A stretch of DNA of 63,513 nucleotides, counting the filler. It is 4 parts of 4 records of this genome, joined end to end, with 100 filler letters (N's around TTAATTAATTAA, not from the genome) between each part and the next. Parts side by side here need not be neighbours in the genome. Positions count along the whole stretch, not along the records: positions 21,728 to 50,255 come from DRR378314_885; 3 more parts are not named here. One strand, written 5' to 3'. How positions within the stretch are numbered: position 1 is the stretch's first letter; each line of letters opens with the position of its first letter. The position numbers and the translations under genes are program-made. Under the pieces are notes generated by a model. That model was not told the origin of the DNA. It made no database searches and saw only the letters and a list, made by a program, of their open reading frames with translations. This document shows, piece by piece, positions 31,372 through 40,707 of this stretch.

Positions 31372-33084
31372 TTAAGCGCGTTCGCGGCGACGAACGGGTG
31401 CATCACCGTCATCACGGCGACGACGTGGAGCACGCTCAGGTGCACTGTCTTCACTAATTTCTAACGGGCGACCAGCAACGCGGGCACGCGCCATTTTCGC
31501 CAGAATAGTGGAAGGCAGGCCACTGGGTAGCTCAACTACCGAGAAAGCGTTGCGGATATCGATACGACCGATACGCGCGCCTTCGATGCCACCTTCGTTC
31601 GCCAGTGCACCCACCAGTTGACCAGGCTTAACGCCATCTTTATGGCCAACAGAAACACGGTAACGAATCATACCTTCGCTAGGTGCGCTTGAGCGCTCGC
31701 GACGGCCACCGGGCTTGCCACCAGGCGCGCTATCACGCGGAGCACGCTCTTTACGCGGGGCTTGCAAGCGTCCAATCGGCGCTTCGTCAGCACGTGCCAT
31801 CGCGGCAAAAGCACAAGCTAGCTCAACGGCATCATGGCCTTCTTCTACCAGGCGCTCAACCAGTGCACGCTGCTCTTCAGCACCTTTGGTCAGGGCTGCC
31901 ACAACGCGATGATGGAATACGTCATCACGGTGAGCGCGAATAGCGGCTTCGTCTGGCAGCGGCATTTCAGTCATTTTCTGACCGGTAGCCTGCTCCATCC
32001 AGCCCACTTTACGGCCTTCACGGAAACCAGCGAACGTAATCGCGATACCGCTACGGCCCGCACGACCGGTACGACCGATACGGTGGGTATAGGCTTCTGC
32101 GTCTTGCGGCAGATCGTAGTTGATAACGTGCGTAATACGCGGAACGTCAAGACCACGAGCAGCGACGTCGGTCGCAATCAACACATCAACCTTGCCACGC
32201 TTGAGGCGTGTAATGGTGCGCTCACGCAGGCTTTGGTCTAGATCGCCAGACAGGCCAGCGGCATTAACGCCACGAGCTGTCAGCTGTTCAACCAGCGTGG
32301 TACAAGCAGCACGAGTACGCACGAAGACAATAGCGGCATCAACCGGCTCAACTTCAAGGATGCGTGCCACTGCTTCAAGCTTAGCGCCACCATCGACGCG
32401 TACAATACGCTGTTCAATGTTTTCACCGGTCGTCGTGCGCGACTCAATCGCAACTTTTACCGGATTAACCAGATAGCGGTTAACAATGCGCTCAATTTCA
32501 GTCGGCAGCGTTGCCGAGAAGAACACACGCTGAGCATCTTTAGGGGTATCGGCAACCACGCGTTTTACGTCGTCGATAAAGCCCATGCGCAGCATTTCGT
32601 CAGCTTCATCCAGCACGAGTGCCGAAAGACCGTCGAGTTTCAGACTACCGCGATCAAGGTGATCGATAATACGGCCAGGGGTGCCAACAATAACCTGGGC
32701 ACCGCGCTTTAGCGCGCCTAACTGTTCACGGTACTCTTGGCCACCACAAAGGATAGCGACTTCAAGACCCTTGAGGTTTTGGCCATATTTACTGAACGAA
32801 GCCGCAACCTGCTGAGCAAGTTCACGGGTCGGAGCCATAACCAGTACTTGAGGCTCGCGACGGGTAAGTTCTAAACGCGATAACAATGGCAATGCAAATG
32901 CAGCGGTTTTACCGGTGCCGGTTTGTGCTTGGCCCAGCATATCGCGGCCTTCCAGCAACGCAGGAATTGTCTGCGCCTGGATCGGCGAGGGAATTTCGTA
33001 GCCTTGTGCTTCAACAGCAGAGAGAACGGCAGGCAACAGAGCAAGATCGCCGAAGCTCGGCGAAGCGACAGAAGTCGAGGTCAT
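31372..33084 (-). CDS. deaD: Cold-shock DEAD-box RNA helicase DeaD/CsdA
   Basis: AQTGTGKT, PTRELA, DEAD, SAT, HRIGRTGRAG; DbpA-type RNA-binding C-terminus (KPGQLVGALANE). Confidence 0.95.
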   Translation of the reverse strand: MTSTSVASPSFGDLALLPAVLSAVEAQGYEIPSPIQAQTIPALLEGRDMLGQAQTGTGKTAAFALPLLSRLELTRREPQVLVMAPTRELAQQVAASFSKYGQNLKGLEVAILCGGQEYREQLGALKRGAQVIVGTPGRIIDHLDRGSLKLDGLSALVLDEADEMLRMGFIDDVKRVVADTPKDAQRVFFSATLPTEIERIVNRYLVNPVKVAIESRTTTGENIEQRIVRVDGGAKLEAVARILEVEPVDAAIVFVRTRAACTTLVEQLTARGVNAAGLSGDLDQSLRERTITRLKRGKVDVLIATDVAARGLDVPRITHVINYDLPQDAEAYTHRIGRTGRAGRSGIAITFAGFREGRKVGWMEQATGQKMTEMPLPDEAAIRAHRDDVFHHRVVAALTKGAEEQRALVERLVEEGHDAVELACAFAAMARADEAPIGRLQAPRKERAPRDSAPGGKPGGRRERSSAPSEGMIRYRVSVGHKDGVKPGQLVGALANEGGIEGARIGRIDIRNAFSVVELPSGLPSTILAKMARARVAGRPLEISEDSAPERAPRRRRDDGDAPVRRRERA

Positions 33085-33451
33085 TAATCACACCTTGGTA
33101 GGCCGGTTTTTCCGGCAAAAAACATCGTAAGCGTCTCTGACTCTGCTCGTTAATACGCGTGACAATGCATATTAATAAACAAGGATCCGCAAGGCGGATA
33201 TCATCATCAATGGAGTCGGAGACGCCGGTCGCACCTAGCATTCGGTTAGCAAACACCGCATAAGCGGGCTAACCGCTGTGGCGACCTTCTGCGCCGATTT
33301 CACCCGTTTGGTGAAATACTGGAGGCGCGCCATCTTCACAGCAATGAACATCTGCAGTTGGCAAGATGTTCCAGCAAGCATTTCACTTCGTAGTCAACGC
33401 TACCTAGGAAATTGCTTATCGTCGTGATGGAGGGGTCAACACATGCGAGGA

Positions 33452-33494
33452 GGGCGCATCCTAACACCGCCAGTCGCTTATGACCAGTTTTTTT
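33452..33494 (-). promoter_or_regulatory. Putative sigma70 promoter of deaD with GC-rich discriminator
   Basis: Minus strand TGGTCA-N17-TAGGAT preceded by TG, then GCGCCC; upstream A-tract. Confidence 0.55.
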
Positions 33495-33591
33495 GCTTTA
33501 ACCGTTATTAATACTCCGACTTGCACATATTCACTGTTTGTCTAACCTGAGAAGTGCCTGACGATGTTCACTAACTTCAAGGAGTGATGCT

Positions 33592-33789
33592 ATGAACTGG
33601 GATCAAATTGAAGGCAGCTGGAAAGAAATGAAAGGAAAAGCTCGCGCAAGCTGGGGTGAATTAACTGACGATGAGCTTACCCAGATTGGCGGCAAAAAAG
33701 ATCAACTTGTTGGCAAGCTACAGCAGAAATATGGTTTAGAGCGGGAAGAAGCCGAACGCCGCGCTGATGAATGGGCGAACGATCTTTAA
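33592..33789 (+). CDS. CsbD family stress protein (YjbJ-like)
   Basis: MNWDQIEGSWKEMKGK...WGELTDD...GKLQQKYG; AAGGAG RBS. Confidence 0.93.
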   Translation: MNWDQIEGSWKEMKGKARASWGELTDDELTQIGGKKDQLVGKLQQKYGLEREEAERRADEWANDL

Positions 33790-33838
33790 CGTTTGTCGTC
33801 TAATTAACCGCACATTAATAGCTACATGGAGAGATGCT

Positions 33839-34321
33839 ATGCGCAAGACAATGCTTACCACTGCTATCAGTACCGCCCTTTTAGGCAGCTTAGCCTTTGG
33901 TGCTCAGGCCTCAACTGAACCCCAAGGCATGTATTCTGCAGATGACATCATGGATGCAGAGGTGTTTTTTGTTGGTGGTTCTGGTGAAGAAATAGGTGAA
34001 GTGGAAGATATTCTTTTTGATGAAGAAATGCGCATTTCAGCGTTAGTCGTTGAAAGCGGCGCAGTTCTGGGCCTGGGTGGTCGTGAAATTGTGATTAATA
34101 CCGATCAGTTTACCCTGGAAACCCATACCGAGAGTGATGGTGGTACCGAGCACCGTATTATGCTCGAGGCTTCCCAAGAGGAAGTCGAATCCTTCCCTAC
34201 CTATAATCGTGATTGGTGGGAGCAGACTAAAAACAGTGCTCGCGATGCGTGGCAAACGACCAAAGAAGGTGCCCAAAGCGCTTGGCAGACTACTCGCGAA
34301 GCCGTTAATGACAACCAGTAA
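33839..34321 (+). CDS. Exported PRC-barrel domain protein
   Basis: Signal peptide; GEEIGEVEDILFD...GAVLGLGGREI; GGAG RBS before ATG 33839. Confidence 0.85.
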   Translation: MRKTMLTTAISTALLGSLAFGAQASTEPQGMYSADDIMDAEVFFVGGSGEEIGEVEDILFDEEMRISALVVESGAVLGLGGREIVINTDQFTLETHTESDGGTEHRIMLEASQEEVESFPTYNRDWWEQTKNSARDAWQTTKEGAQSAWQTTREAVNDNQ

Positions 34322-34352
34322 CTTAAATCGCTCAAGCTAGCGCTTAACTAGC

Positions 34353-34387
34353 CAAATGGGCCACCCAGCAACTGGGTGGCCCATTTG
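34353..34387. terminator. Bidirectional terminator hairpin
   Basis: CAAATGGGCCACCCAG-caa-CTGGGTGGCCCATTTG perfect stem between convergent genes. Confidence 0.8.
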
Positions 34388-34440
34388 TTAGTAACGAGAT
34401 TTGAGATGCAATTTCTGAGAAGCTCTCTGCTTATCAACTA

Positions 34441-35463
34441 TTATGAAGCTCGACGACGGATGCCCTGCCCTGGCAAGCGTTCACGATCATGAGGGCGCTC
34501 TAAATCCAATAGCGGTCCGGCAGGAACAATGCGCGTTGGATTAATCGTGTCATGGCTGTAGTAGTAATGGCGTTTTATCTGGTCCATATTGATGGTCTCT
34601 GCAATGCCCGGCCACTGATACAGCTCGCGAACGTAATTTGCTAGATTGGGGTAATCTTCAATACGTTTTAAATTGCACTTAAAATGACCGAAGTAGACAG
34701 CATCAAAACGGATCAGCGTGGTGAAAAGCCGAATATCCGCCTCTGTTAACCACTCCCCCGCCAGATAACGATGCTCGCTCAAGCGTTTTTCCATTCGATC
34801 TAAAGCATCGAACAGAGCCAGCACATGTTTTTCATACACCTGCTGATCCGTCGCAAAACCCGACTTATAAACACCGTTATTAATGTGCTCGTACACATCG
34901 TCGTTGATGTCATCAATAGTGCGACGCAGGTCATCAGGGTAAAAATCTAAATCGTTACCGGTCAACTCATCAAACGCGTGATTAAAAATGCGTATCAAAT
35001 CAGCTGACTCATTATTGATTATTGCGCTACGTTGCTTATCCCAAAGCAGCGGTACCGTGACCCGTCCCGTATAAGCAGAATCACTCATCGTATAGAGTTG
35101 ATGGTGATAGTCGACGTGGTTAACCGGATCCCCACTGGAGCCCTCACTTTGGTCATACGTCCAGCCCTTATCCTGCATCAACGGGCTGACATGGGAAGTG
35201 CCAATGAGTGATTCCAGCCCTTTTAATTTGCGCATAATCAGAACTCGATGCGCCCAAGGGCAGGCTAGCGATACATAAAGATGGTAACGGTCTGCTTGCG
35301 CAGGGTAGCTCTGTCCTGCCCATTCTTTGCCTGACGGTGCGCCCATCATGGCATCGTCGCCCACCCAGTCGCGCAGTTGAGCAGACTCACGGACAAATTC
35401 TCCACCATGCTTCTTAGTGTCGTACCACTGATCAACCCATTCGCCGTTAACAAGCAGTCCCAT
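34441..35463 (-). CDS. yqjG: Glutathionyl-hydroquinone reductase (omega-like GST)
   Basis: RYHLYVSLACPWAHR, GRVTVPLLWD, NNESA, NNGVYKSGFA, HFKCN. Confidence 0.92.
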   Translation of the reverse strand: MGLLVNGEWVDQWYDTKKHGGEFVRESAQLRDWVGDDAMMGAPSGKEWAGQSYPAQADRYHLYVSLACPWAHRVLIMRKLKGLESLIGTSHVSPLMQDKGWTYDQSEGSSGDPVNHVDYHHQLYTMSDSAYTGRVTVPLLWDKQRSAIINNESADLIRIFNHAFDELTGNDLDFYPDDLRRTIDDINDDVYEHINNGVYKSGFATDQQVYEKHVLALFDALDRMEKRLSEHRYLAGEWLTEADIRLFTTLIRFDAVYFGHFKCNLKRIEDYPNLANYVRELYQWPGIAETINMDQIKRHYYYSHDTINPTRIVPAGPLLDLERPHDRERLPGQGIRRRAS

Positions 35464-35525
35464 CGGGCGGTCTCCTGTTGTAATAATCGTATGTAGTAAA
35501 CGTATTAATAGTGCTGATGACGTTT

Positions 35526-35590
35526 AGCATACGCCCGCTTCCCCGATGCTCAAGCGGATGTTTTACGGCGATTCATTCGATGAAATCGAA
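35526..35590 (-). promoter_or_regulatory. Putative LysR-dependent promoter of yqjG
   Basis: TTCGATTTCATCGAA dyad, ATCCGCTT 31 nt downstream, TTGAGC-N16-TATGCT; same architecture repeated at 36484-36547. Confidence 0.6.
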
Positions 35591-36483
35591 TCCTTAGGGC
35601 AGAGCTCGCTCACTCCCTGCTTCAATGCCTGTGCCATGGCATGGGCTGCAGGGCCAGCGCGATCTCGGTCTCTGAATATCAACTGCATAGGCACCATTCG
35701 TATGCCACCAGCACTGAGCGGCAAAGGTTTGAGTTGCCCACTTGAAAGTTCATCAGCAATACGAGTTTCTGGCATCCAGGCAAACCCTAACCCACGCTTC
35801 AGCATATCTAATGACGTGTTTAAGTGACTCACCGTCCATCGTTGCTCCGCTTTCAACCAGCCGGAATTAGTCGACTGGCGTATCGCTGAATCACGCACGA
35901 CCAACTGACGGTGTTGGGTTAGATCCCGAAGGTCTAGCGAGCGGCTAAGCTGGTGTAACTCGTGGCTTGGGTGTGCAACGGCGATAAACCGCACGTTCAC
36001 CAGCGGTTCACCTAAATACCCTTGAGCCGCAATCCCTGAGACGACGAGGTCCGCACGACCATCGTGGAGCATTTCCGTGCCACCATTGAGCACGCTTTCA
36101 TGCAACTGCACTCTGACCTGAGGATACGTTTCCGAGAAACGTTCAAGCGCTTTCGCTTGAGCAGCAGCTGGAAAAATCTGGTCAATAGCGACCACGATTT
36201 CAGCTTCCAGGCCTGCAGCCAAACGGGTAGCAACATCTTCTAAAGAGGCAGCACTCTCAATTAACTGACGGGCTCGGCGCAATAAGAGTTCGCCCGCCTC
36301 AGTCAGGCGCACCTGCCTGCCCACCGGTTCCAGCACCTGAACACCCAATTGCTCTTCTAGCTTGTGCACGGCATGGTTAAGCGTAGATGGGCTTTTGTGA
36401 ATAGCCTCGGCCGCCCGCGCAAACCCACCATGGTCAACAACGGCTGCCAGCATCTGCCACTGTGCAAGAGTTACTCGAGACAT
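35563..36483 (-). CDS. LysR family transcriptional regulator
   Basis: HTH GGFARAAEAIHKSPSTLNHAVHKLEEQLG, LTEAG, GLGFAWMP; ATG at 36483. Confidence 0.95.
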   Translation of the reverse strand: MSRVTLAQWQMLAAVVDHGGFARAAEAIHKSPSTLNHAVHKLEEQLGVQVLEPVGRQVRLTEAGELLLRRARQLIESAASLEDVATRLAAGLEAEIVVAIDQIFPAAAQAKALERFSETYPQVRVQLHESVLNGGTEMLHDGRADLVVSGIAAQGYLGEPLVNVRFIAVAHPSHELHQLSRSLDLRDLTQHRQLVVRDSAIRQSTNSGWLKAEQRWTVSHLNTSLDMLKRGLGFAWMPETRIADELSSGQLKPLPLSAGGIRMVPMQLIFRDRDRAGPAAHAMAQALKQGVSELCPKDSISSNESP

Positions 36484-36547
36484 TTCGATTCCCTCGACGC
36501 TAAACAGCGAAATAATCCGCTTTATGTTCGAAAAACCCTTATAGAAT
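36484..36547 (+). promoter_or_regulatory. Putative LysR operator and divergent promoter
   Basis: TTCGATTCCCTCGA at 36484, ATCCGCTT at 36515, TAGAAT at 36542. Confidence 0.55.
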
Positions 36548-36550
36548 GCC

Positions 36551-36630
36551 AGGAAAAAGCGCGGAGTACTTGCTTGCAAACAATTATTCCTAGGTATCAG
36601 GCTGCCAAGGGGAGCTACCTGACACTTTTT
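36551..36630 (+). ncRNA. Candidate ~80-nt small RNA divergent from LysR
   Basis: Follows the -10 TAGAAT; no convincing ORF; ends in GTATCAGG...CCTGACAC hairpin plus TTTTT. Confidence 0.4.
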
Positions 36631-37119
36631 CCCTTAAATCACGGCTAATCGGCACTAAAATTGCCAAACACGACAAAAGAAACAATTTTTTACAAAAAAG
36701 ACAGCATCTAACACCAGCCAATCACTAAGTCTTCTTAATAAATCTACTGGAGACTGCCTCATGATGAGTAATTGGCTTTCGAGCAGCCTTAATTTTTTGA
36801 CAAAAATAATACAGATCTAATACAAAAGCATTATGAAATTAATTTAACTTTTAAATTTGGTGGAAAATATTGCTAAGCATCACCTCCCTATGGTTAATTA
36901 CTCTGCCCACTTAGCCCTAACGCGGCTATCAAGAAGTTACTTTTTTTAGCGAACGGTGTTCACAAATAGATTTACTTACTTATTACTTCCGTATTTCAAT
37001 GAAGTACATTTAGTGTACAGGCATACAGTCTGTTCACTCTTACCCTCATGGGGTATGGTTCTTGGGTTTACTTTCTTTCATGTTATTCATTTACCACGAA
37101 CTCGGCGGCCCATTTACCC

Positions 37120-38805
37120 ATGTTGCGAATTCTTCATTCGCTGCCCCGCACACATAAATTGTTACTGTTACCCGTGGCTACAATGGTCACTGTGCTGGGC
37201 ACACAAAAGTTAATTACGACCTACCACGACTTAAATCAATCTCATACACCACTGGAAAGCGTGCTTGTACCGCTTCCCAGCGACTCTGCTCCAGGGGTTC
37301 CTTCATTGCGTCAAGAACGCACCCCCGTTGCTGAAGCCATTGATCGCGCTTCTCGCGCTATTGATGCCACGCGAGATAATATTCCGCTGAACGACCTCGC
37401 GGCTACCGAAATTGTCGATCTAGACGTCATCACTAGCGCCGAAGCCTCGATGGCTAGCGTCACGACGCAACCTCCCACTAATGCCCAGCTGGATGACGGC
37501 GCGCTTCACATGGCCGTGGTATTAGGGACCCTCTCAAGCGGTATGCTCGATGCTGATAAAACGGCTTCCGTCGAAGTGGATAACACGGCTCCCGTGGAAA
37601 TTGCCGATGCCACTTCATATGAAGATTATGGCAATGAGCTATTTGGTGATATTTCGTTTCTCGAGCTGGAACTTGCTGCGGATGAGCCCTACGTCCCTAG
37701 GTGGAAAACACATATTGTTGAATCGGGTGAGACCTTTGCATTGCTGGCACAGAACAAGCTAGGCCTTGGCTACAGCGAAGTAATGGCGTTGCTAGAGGAT
37801 CTCCCGGATCCACGTATGCTTACTCATTGGCGTGCTGGCCACAGTTTCGATTACAAGTTAGATGAAAGTGGTCGTTTACTGTCGTTGCGTATGATGAAAA
37901 ACACCCGTGACGGTATCTTGCTGGAGCGCGATGAAGAGCACTTTGCCGCAACCGTTATTGAGCGCCAGGGTGAAGCGGTACAGCGTCTTTACGCGGGTAG
38001 CGTAAGCGGTAGTTTTGCACGCTCAGCCCAGGCAACGGGGCTAAGTAGCAGCGCCGTTACTGAACTCACTCACCTACTTGAGCAAAAACTCGATTTTCGG
38101 CGCGACAGCCGCCGCGGAGATCGCTTTCAAGTGCTAGTTGAGTCAGACATGATTGATGGAGAAGCGTTTGACTCTCGCGTGCTTGCTGTTAAGTACGATG
38201 GCGAACGCATGGACTTAACGCTTCTTCGCAATGCTACTGATAGCAATTTCTATACGCCCGAGGGGAGTAGCTTAGACCCTGCTTTCTCGCGCTATCCGTT
38301 TGAAGGCAATTACCGTCTAAGTTCCAATTTTAACCCGCGCCGCAAACACCCAGTGACTGGCCGGATAAGCCCGCATAATGGAACCGATTTTGCGATGCCT
38401 ATTGGCACACCTGTCGTTGCTCCCGCCAATGGCCGCGTGGAAAAAGTGGGCAACCATCATGCCGCGGGACGCTACATTGTCGTTCGTCATGATAATGGCT
38501 ATCAAACCCGCTATCTTCACCTCTCTCGTCCGCTAGTCACCGAAGGTGCGCGTATTGAAATGGGTGAGCGCATTGCGCTTTCGGGCAATACAGGGCGGAG
38601 TACGGGGCCTCATCTGCACTATGAAGTCATCGTCAACAACTCGCCTGTCAACGCGATGAACGTAGAGCTGCCTGAAAACACCAGCCTAAGCGGAGATACT
38701 TTGATTGCTTTCCAGCGCCAGGCTGAGCCCATGATGGCAGCATTGGATAGCGGTGAGACAGGTACTATCAGCGTTGCAAACTACGAGCGCCAAGAAGAGC
38801 AGTAA
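37120..38805 (+). CDS. M23 family peptidoglycan DD-endopeptidase (MepM/YebA-like)
   Basis: OapA-like N-terminus LPRTHK, HNGTDFA, YLHL, STGPHLHYE. Confidence 0.92.
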   Translation: MLRILHSLPRTHKLLLLPVATMVTVLGTQKLITTYHDLNQSHTPLESVLVPLPSDSAPGVPSLRQERTPVAEAIDRASRAIDATRDNIPLNDLAATEIVDLDVITSAEASMASVTTQPPTNAQLDDGALHMAVVLGTLSSGMLDADKTASVEVDNTAPVEIADATSYEDYGNELFGDISFLELELAADEPYVPRWKTHIVESGETFALLAQNKLGLGYSEVMALLEDLPDPRMLTHWRAGHSFDYKLDESGRLLSLRMMKNTRDGILLERDEEHFAATVIERQGEAVQRLYAGSVSGSFARSAQATGLSSSAVTELTHLLEQKLDFRRDSRRGDRFQVLVESDMIDGEAFDSRVLAVKYDGERMDLTLLRNATDSNFYTPEGSSLDPAFSRYPFEGNYRLSSNFNPRRKHPVTGRISPHNGTDFAMPIGTPVVAPANGRVEKVGNHHAAGRYIVVRHDNGYQTRYLHLSRPLVTEGARIEMGERIALSGNTGRSTGPHLHYEVIVNNSPVNAMNVELPENTSLSGDTLIAFQRQAEPMMAALDSGETGTISVANYERQEEQ

Positions 38806-38826
38806 CCTGCCCTCTCTTTACATTGA

Positions 38827-38860
38827 ACAATAACGCCGCCCTGAAGGGCGGCGTTATTGC
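38827..38860. terminator. Bidirectional terminator hairpin
   Basis: CAATAACGCCGCCC-tgaa-GGGCGGCGTTATTG between convergent genes. Confidence 0.8.
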
Positions 38861-38939
38861 TTTGAAGCAAGTCTACGTTTACAAACCTTGCTTATAAACC
38901 ATTCTTATAGAAAACCTAGCAATCAATCCGCCCTTCACG

Positions 38940-40580
38940 TTATACCGCTCGTGACAATGCAGCCAACAGGTCGGCGTCACGACGGTAAATATCATCGCGG
39001 AATTCTACTTCCCCTTGAGCATTTGGCCAGGCCGTTAAGTAGTGCAGCGCGACAGGAATACGCTGAGGGAGATTAACATTACGATCACTTCCACTACTGT
39101 TAAGCAACGAAGACAGTTGGTAGCGACTGCCACTATCTTGAAGCAGTAACTGCGCAAATTCCGTTACGCCTTCAACGCGCACACAACCAGAGCTGAGCGC
39201 TCGCTGATCGCGCTGAAACAACCCTCTGGCGGGTGTATCGTGAAGATAGATCATTTCGCTGTTGGGAAAACGTACCACCACGCGGCCTAGCGGATTACCG
39301 CCACCTGATACTTGGCGCAACATCACTGCACCTGGCCGTTGCCAGTCAATAGCGTCAGCGTTTAACCGCTCGCCGGAGTGGCTTATCACTTGGATATTAC
39401 GCCGGGCCAAATAGCCTGGATCTCGTCTAACCTGAGGTAAGACGTCCTCGCGCATAATGGTCGGTGGAATCGTCCATGACGGATTGATGGTTAAGTGGCT
39501 AATCGCCGAATGAATAATAGGCGTTTCGCGCCGCGGTGTGCCGACTACCACTCTGGTATCCCAGTGCTCACCATTAGGCCGAGTGTAGTGCAATCGATAC
39601 CCCGCAATGTCAACCCACACGCGCGGTTCATTGGTTTGAATGGGCCTGATCCAACGCGCCCGCTCTAAGTTGACACGCAGTTGATCGATTCGCGACGTGA
39701 CCGGCGTGTTCAATGCAAGCCGCGTGCGCTGACCCACAACACCATCTTCTTGCAACTGATGACGACGTTGAAATTGCTTAACTGCCCCTTCTAACTCAGC
39801 ATCATAGGTACGCTGGTTGCTAACCGCCGATTGAACCTCAATCATTGGGTAGGCATTGCTATCCGCCGCCAGCAAGTTGGTTTCTCCCCAATAGGCCAAG
39901 CGCTGTCGCAATACCAGCACATCCTCATTAGTATCACCTGGGCGTAACGCCTCATCTCGACCGGCCAGATAGGGAACATTGCCTTTTTCAGCCAGCGTAC
40001 GGTATTGACGCAGCGCATCACGTAGCTGAGCGTACTCCGTTGATGAGGGCCTCACATAGTCAAACGCGCCCTGAATATCGTCATTTTCCACCGCATGGGC
40101 AATGCGCAGCAAAGAGTAGCGGCGCTCAGGCCTAGGGATATCCCATTTCGGCTCGACCTCGTTTGGATTCACCTTGCCCCGCGAAAGGTGCTCAAGTGCG
40201 AGTAAAAGTGCTGTCGTGGCCTGAATATCAAAGTCAGCTTGCGCCAACGCACCTGCTTGCTGGCTAGTCTGAAATGCGTTTAGCAGGCTGCCCGCATCGT
40301 AATCACTAGGCGCTAAACCATCATCTTCAAGACTATTTAACGCCTGCACCAGTGCTTCAACACGGCTGATATCTTGCCAGACGGGCCGTTGATTTAGCTG
40401 CTGGTAAAAGTCCTCAACAGGCAGTAACGCACTGGATTGAGTATCTAAACGCTGAGCTAACGCCTGTCCAAGAGCGCCTGTATCAGCTTGCGCGCTGGTA
40501 ACCAACTGAGGCGCTTGGATCAGCGTCAGACATAGAGCCACCCCTATCGCCCATCGTCTAATTAACGTTGTCTCGTTCAT
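38940..40580 (-). CDS. L,D-transpeptidase (YcbB/LdtD-like) with peptidoglycan-binding domain
   Basis: AVKQFQRRHQL..DGVVG, NLERARW, NPSWTIP, IYLHDTP, SSGCVRV. Confidence 0.92.
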   Translation of the reverse strand: MNETTLIRRWAIGVALCLTLIQAPQLVTSAQADTGALGQALAQRLDTQSSALLPVEDFYQQLNQRPVWQDISRVEALVQALNSLEDDGLAPSDYDAGSLLNAFQTSQQAGALAQADFDIQATTALLLALEHLSRGKVNPNEVEPKWDIPRPERRYSLLRIAHAVENDDIQGAFDYVRPSSTEYAQLRDALRQYRTLAEKGNVPYLAGRDEALRPGDTNEDVLVLRQRLAYWGETNLLAADSNAYPMIEVQSAVSNQRTYDAELEGAVKQFQRRHQLQEDGVVGQRTRLALNTPVTSRIDQLRVNLERARWIRPIQTNEPRVWVDIAGYRLHYTRPNGEHWDTRVVVGTPRRETPIIHSAISHLTINPSWTIPPTIMREDVLPQVRRDPGYLARRNIQVISHSGERLNADAIDWQRPGAVMLRQVSGGGNPLGRVVVRFPNSEMIYLHDTPARGLFQRDQRALSSGCVRVEGVTEFAQLLLQDSGSRYQLSSLLNSSGSDRNVNLPQRIPVALHYLTAWPNAQGEVEFRDDIYRRDADLLAALSRAV

Positions 40581-40707
40581 CGCTCCTCCTTGCGTTACTA
40601 TTCATCGTCGCTATTTATCATTGCGATTCATCATTATTACGCTACATCTATTTATCATAGCCGTTTACATGTCTCCTTCGTCGATATCTATTGCAGGATT
40701 GCACTCT

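Noticed and set aside
33011-33256. 81-aa ORF in the deaD leader
   Set aside because: No RBS or recognisable motif; the region is better explained by RNA structure
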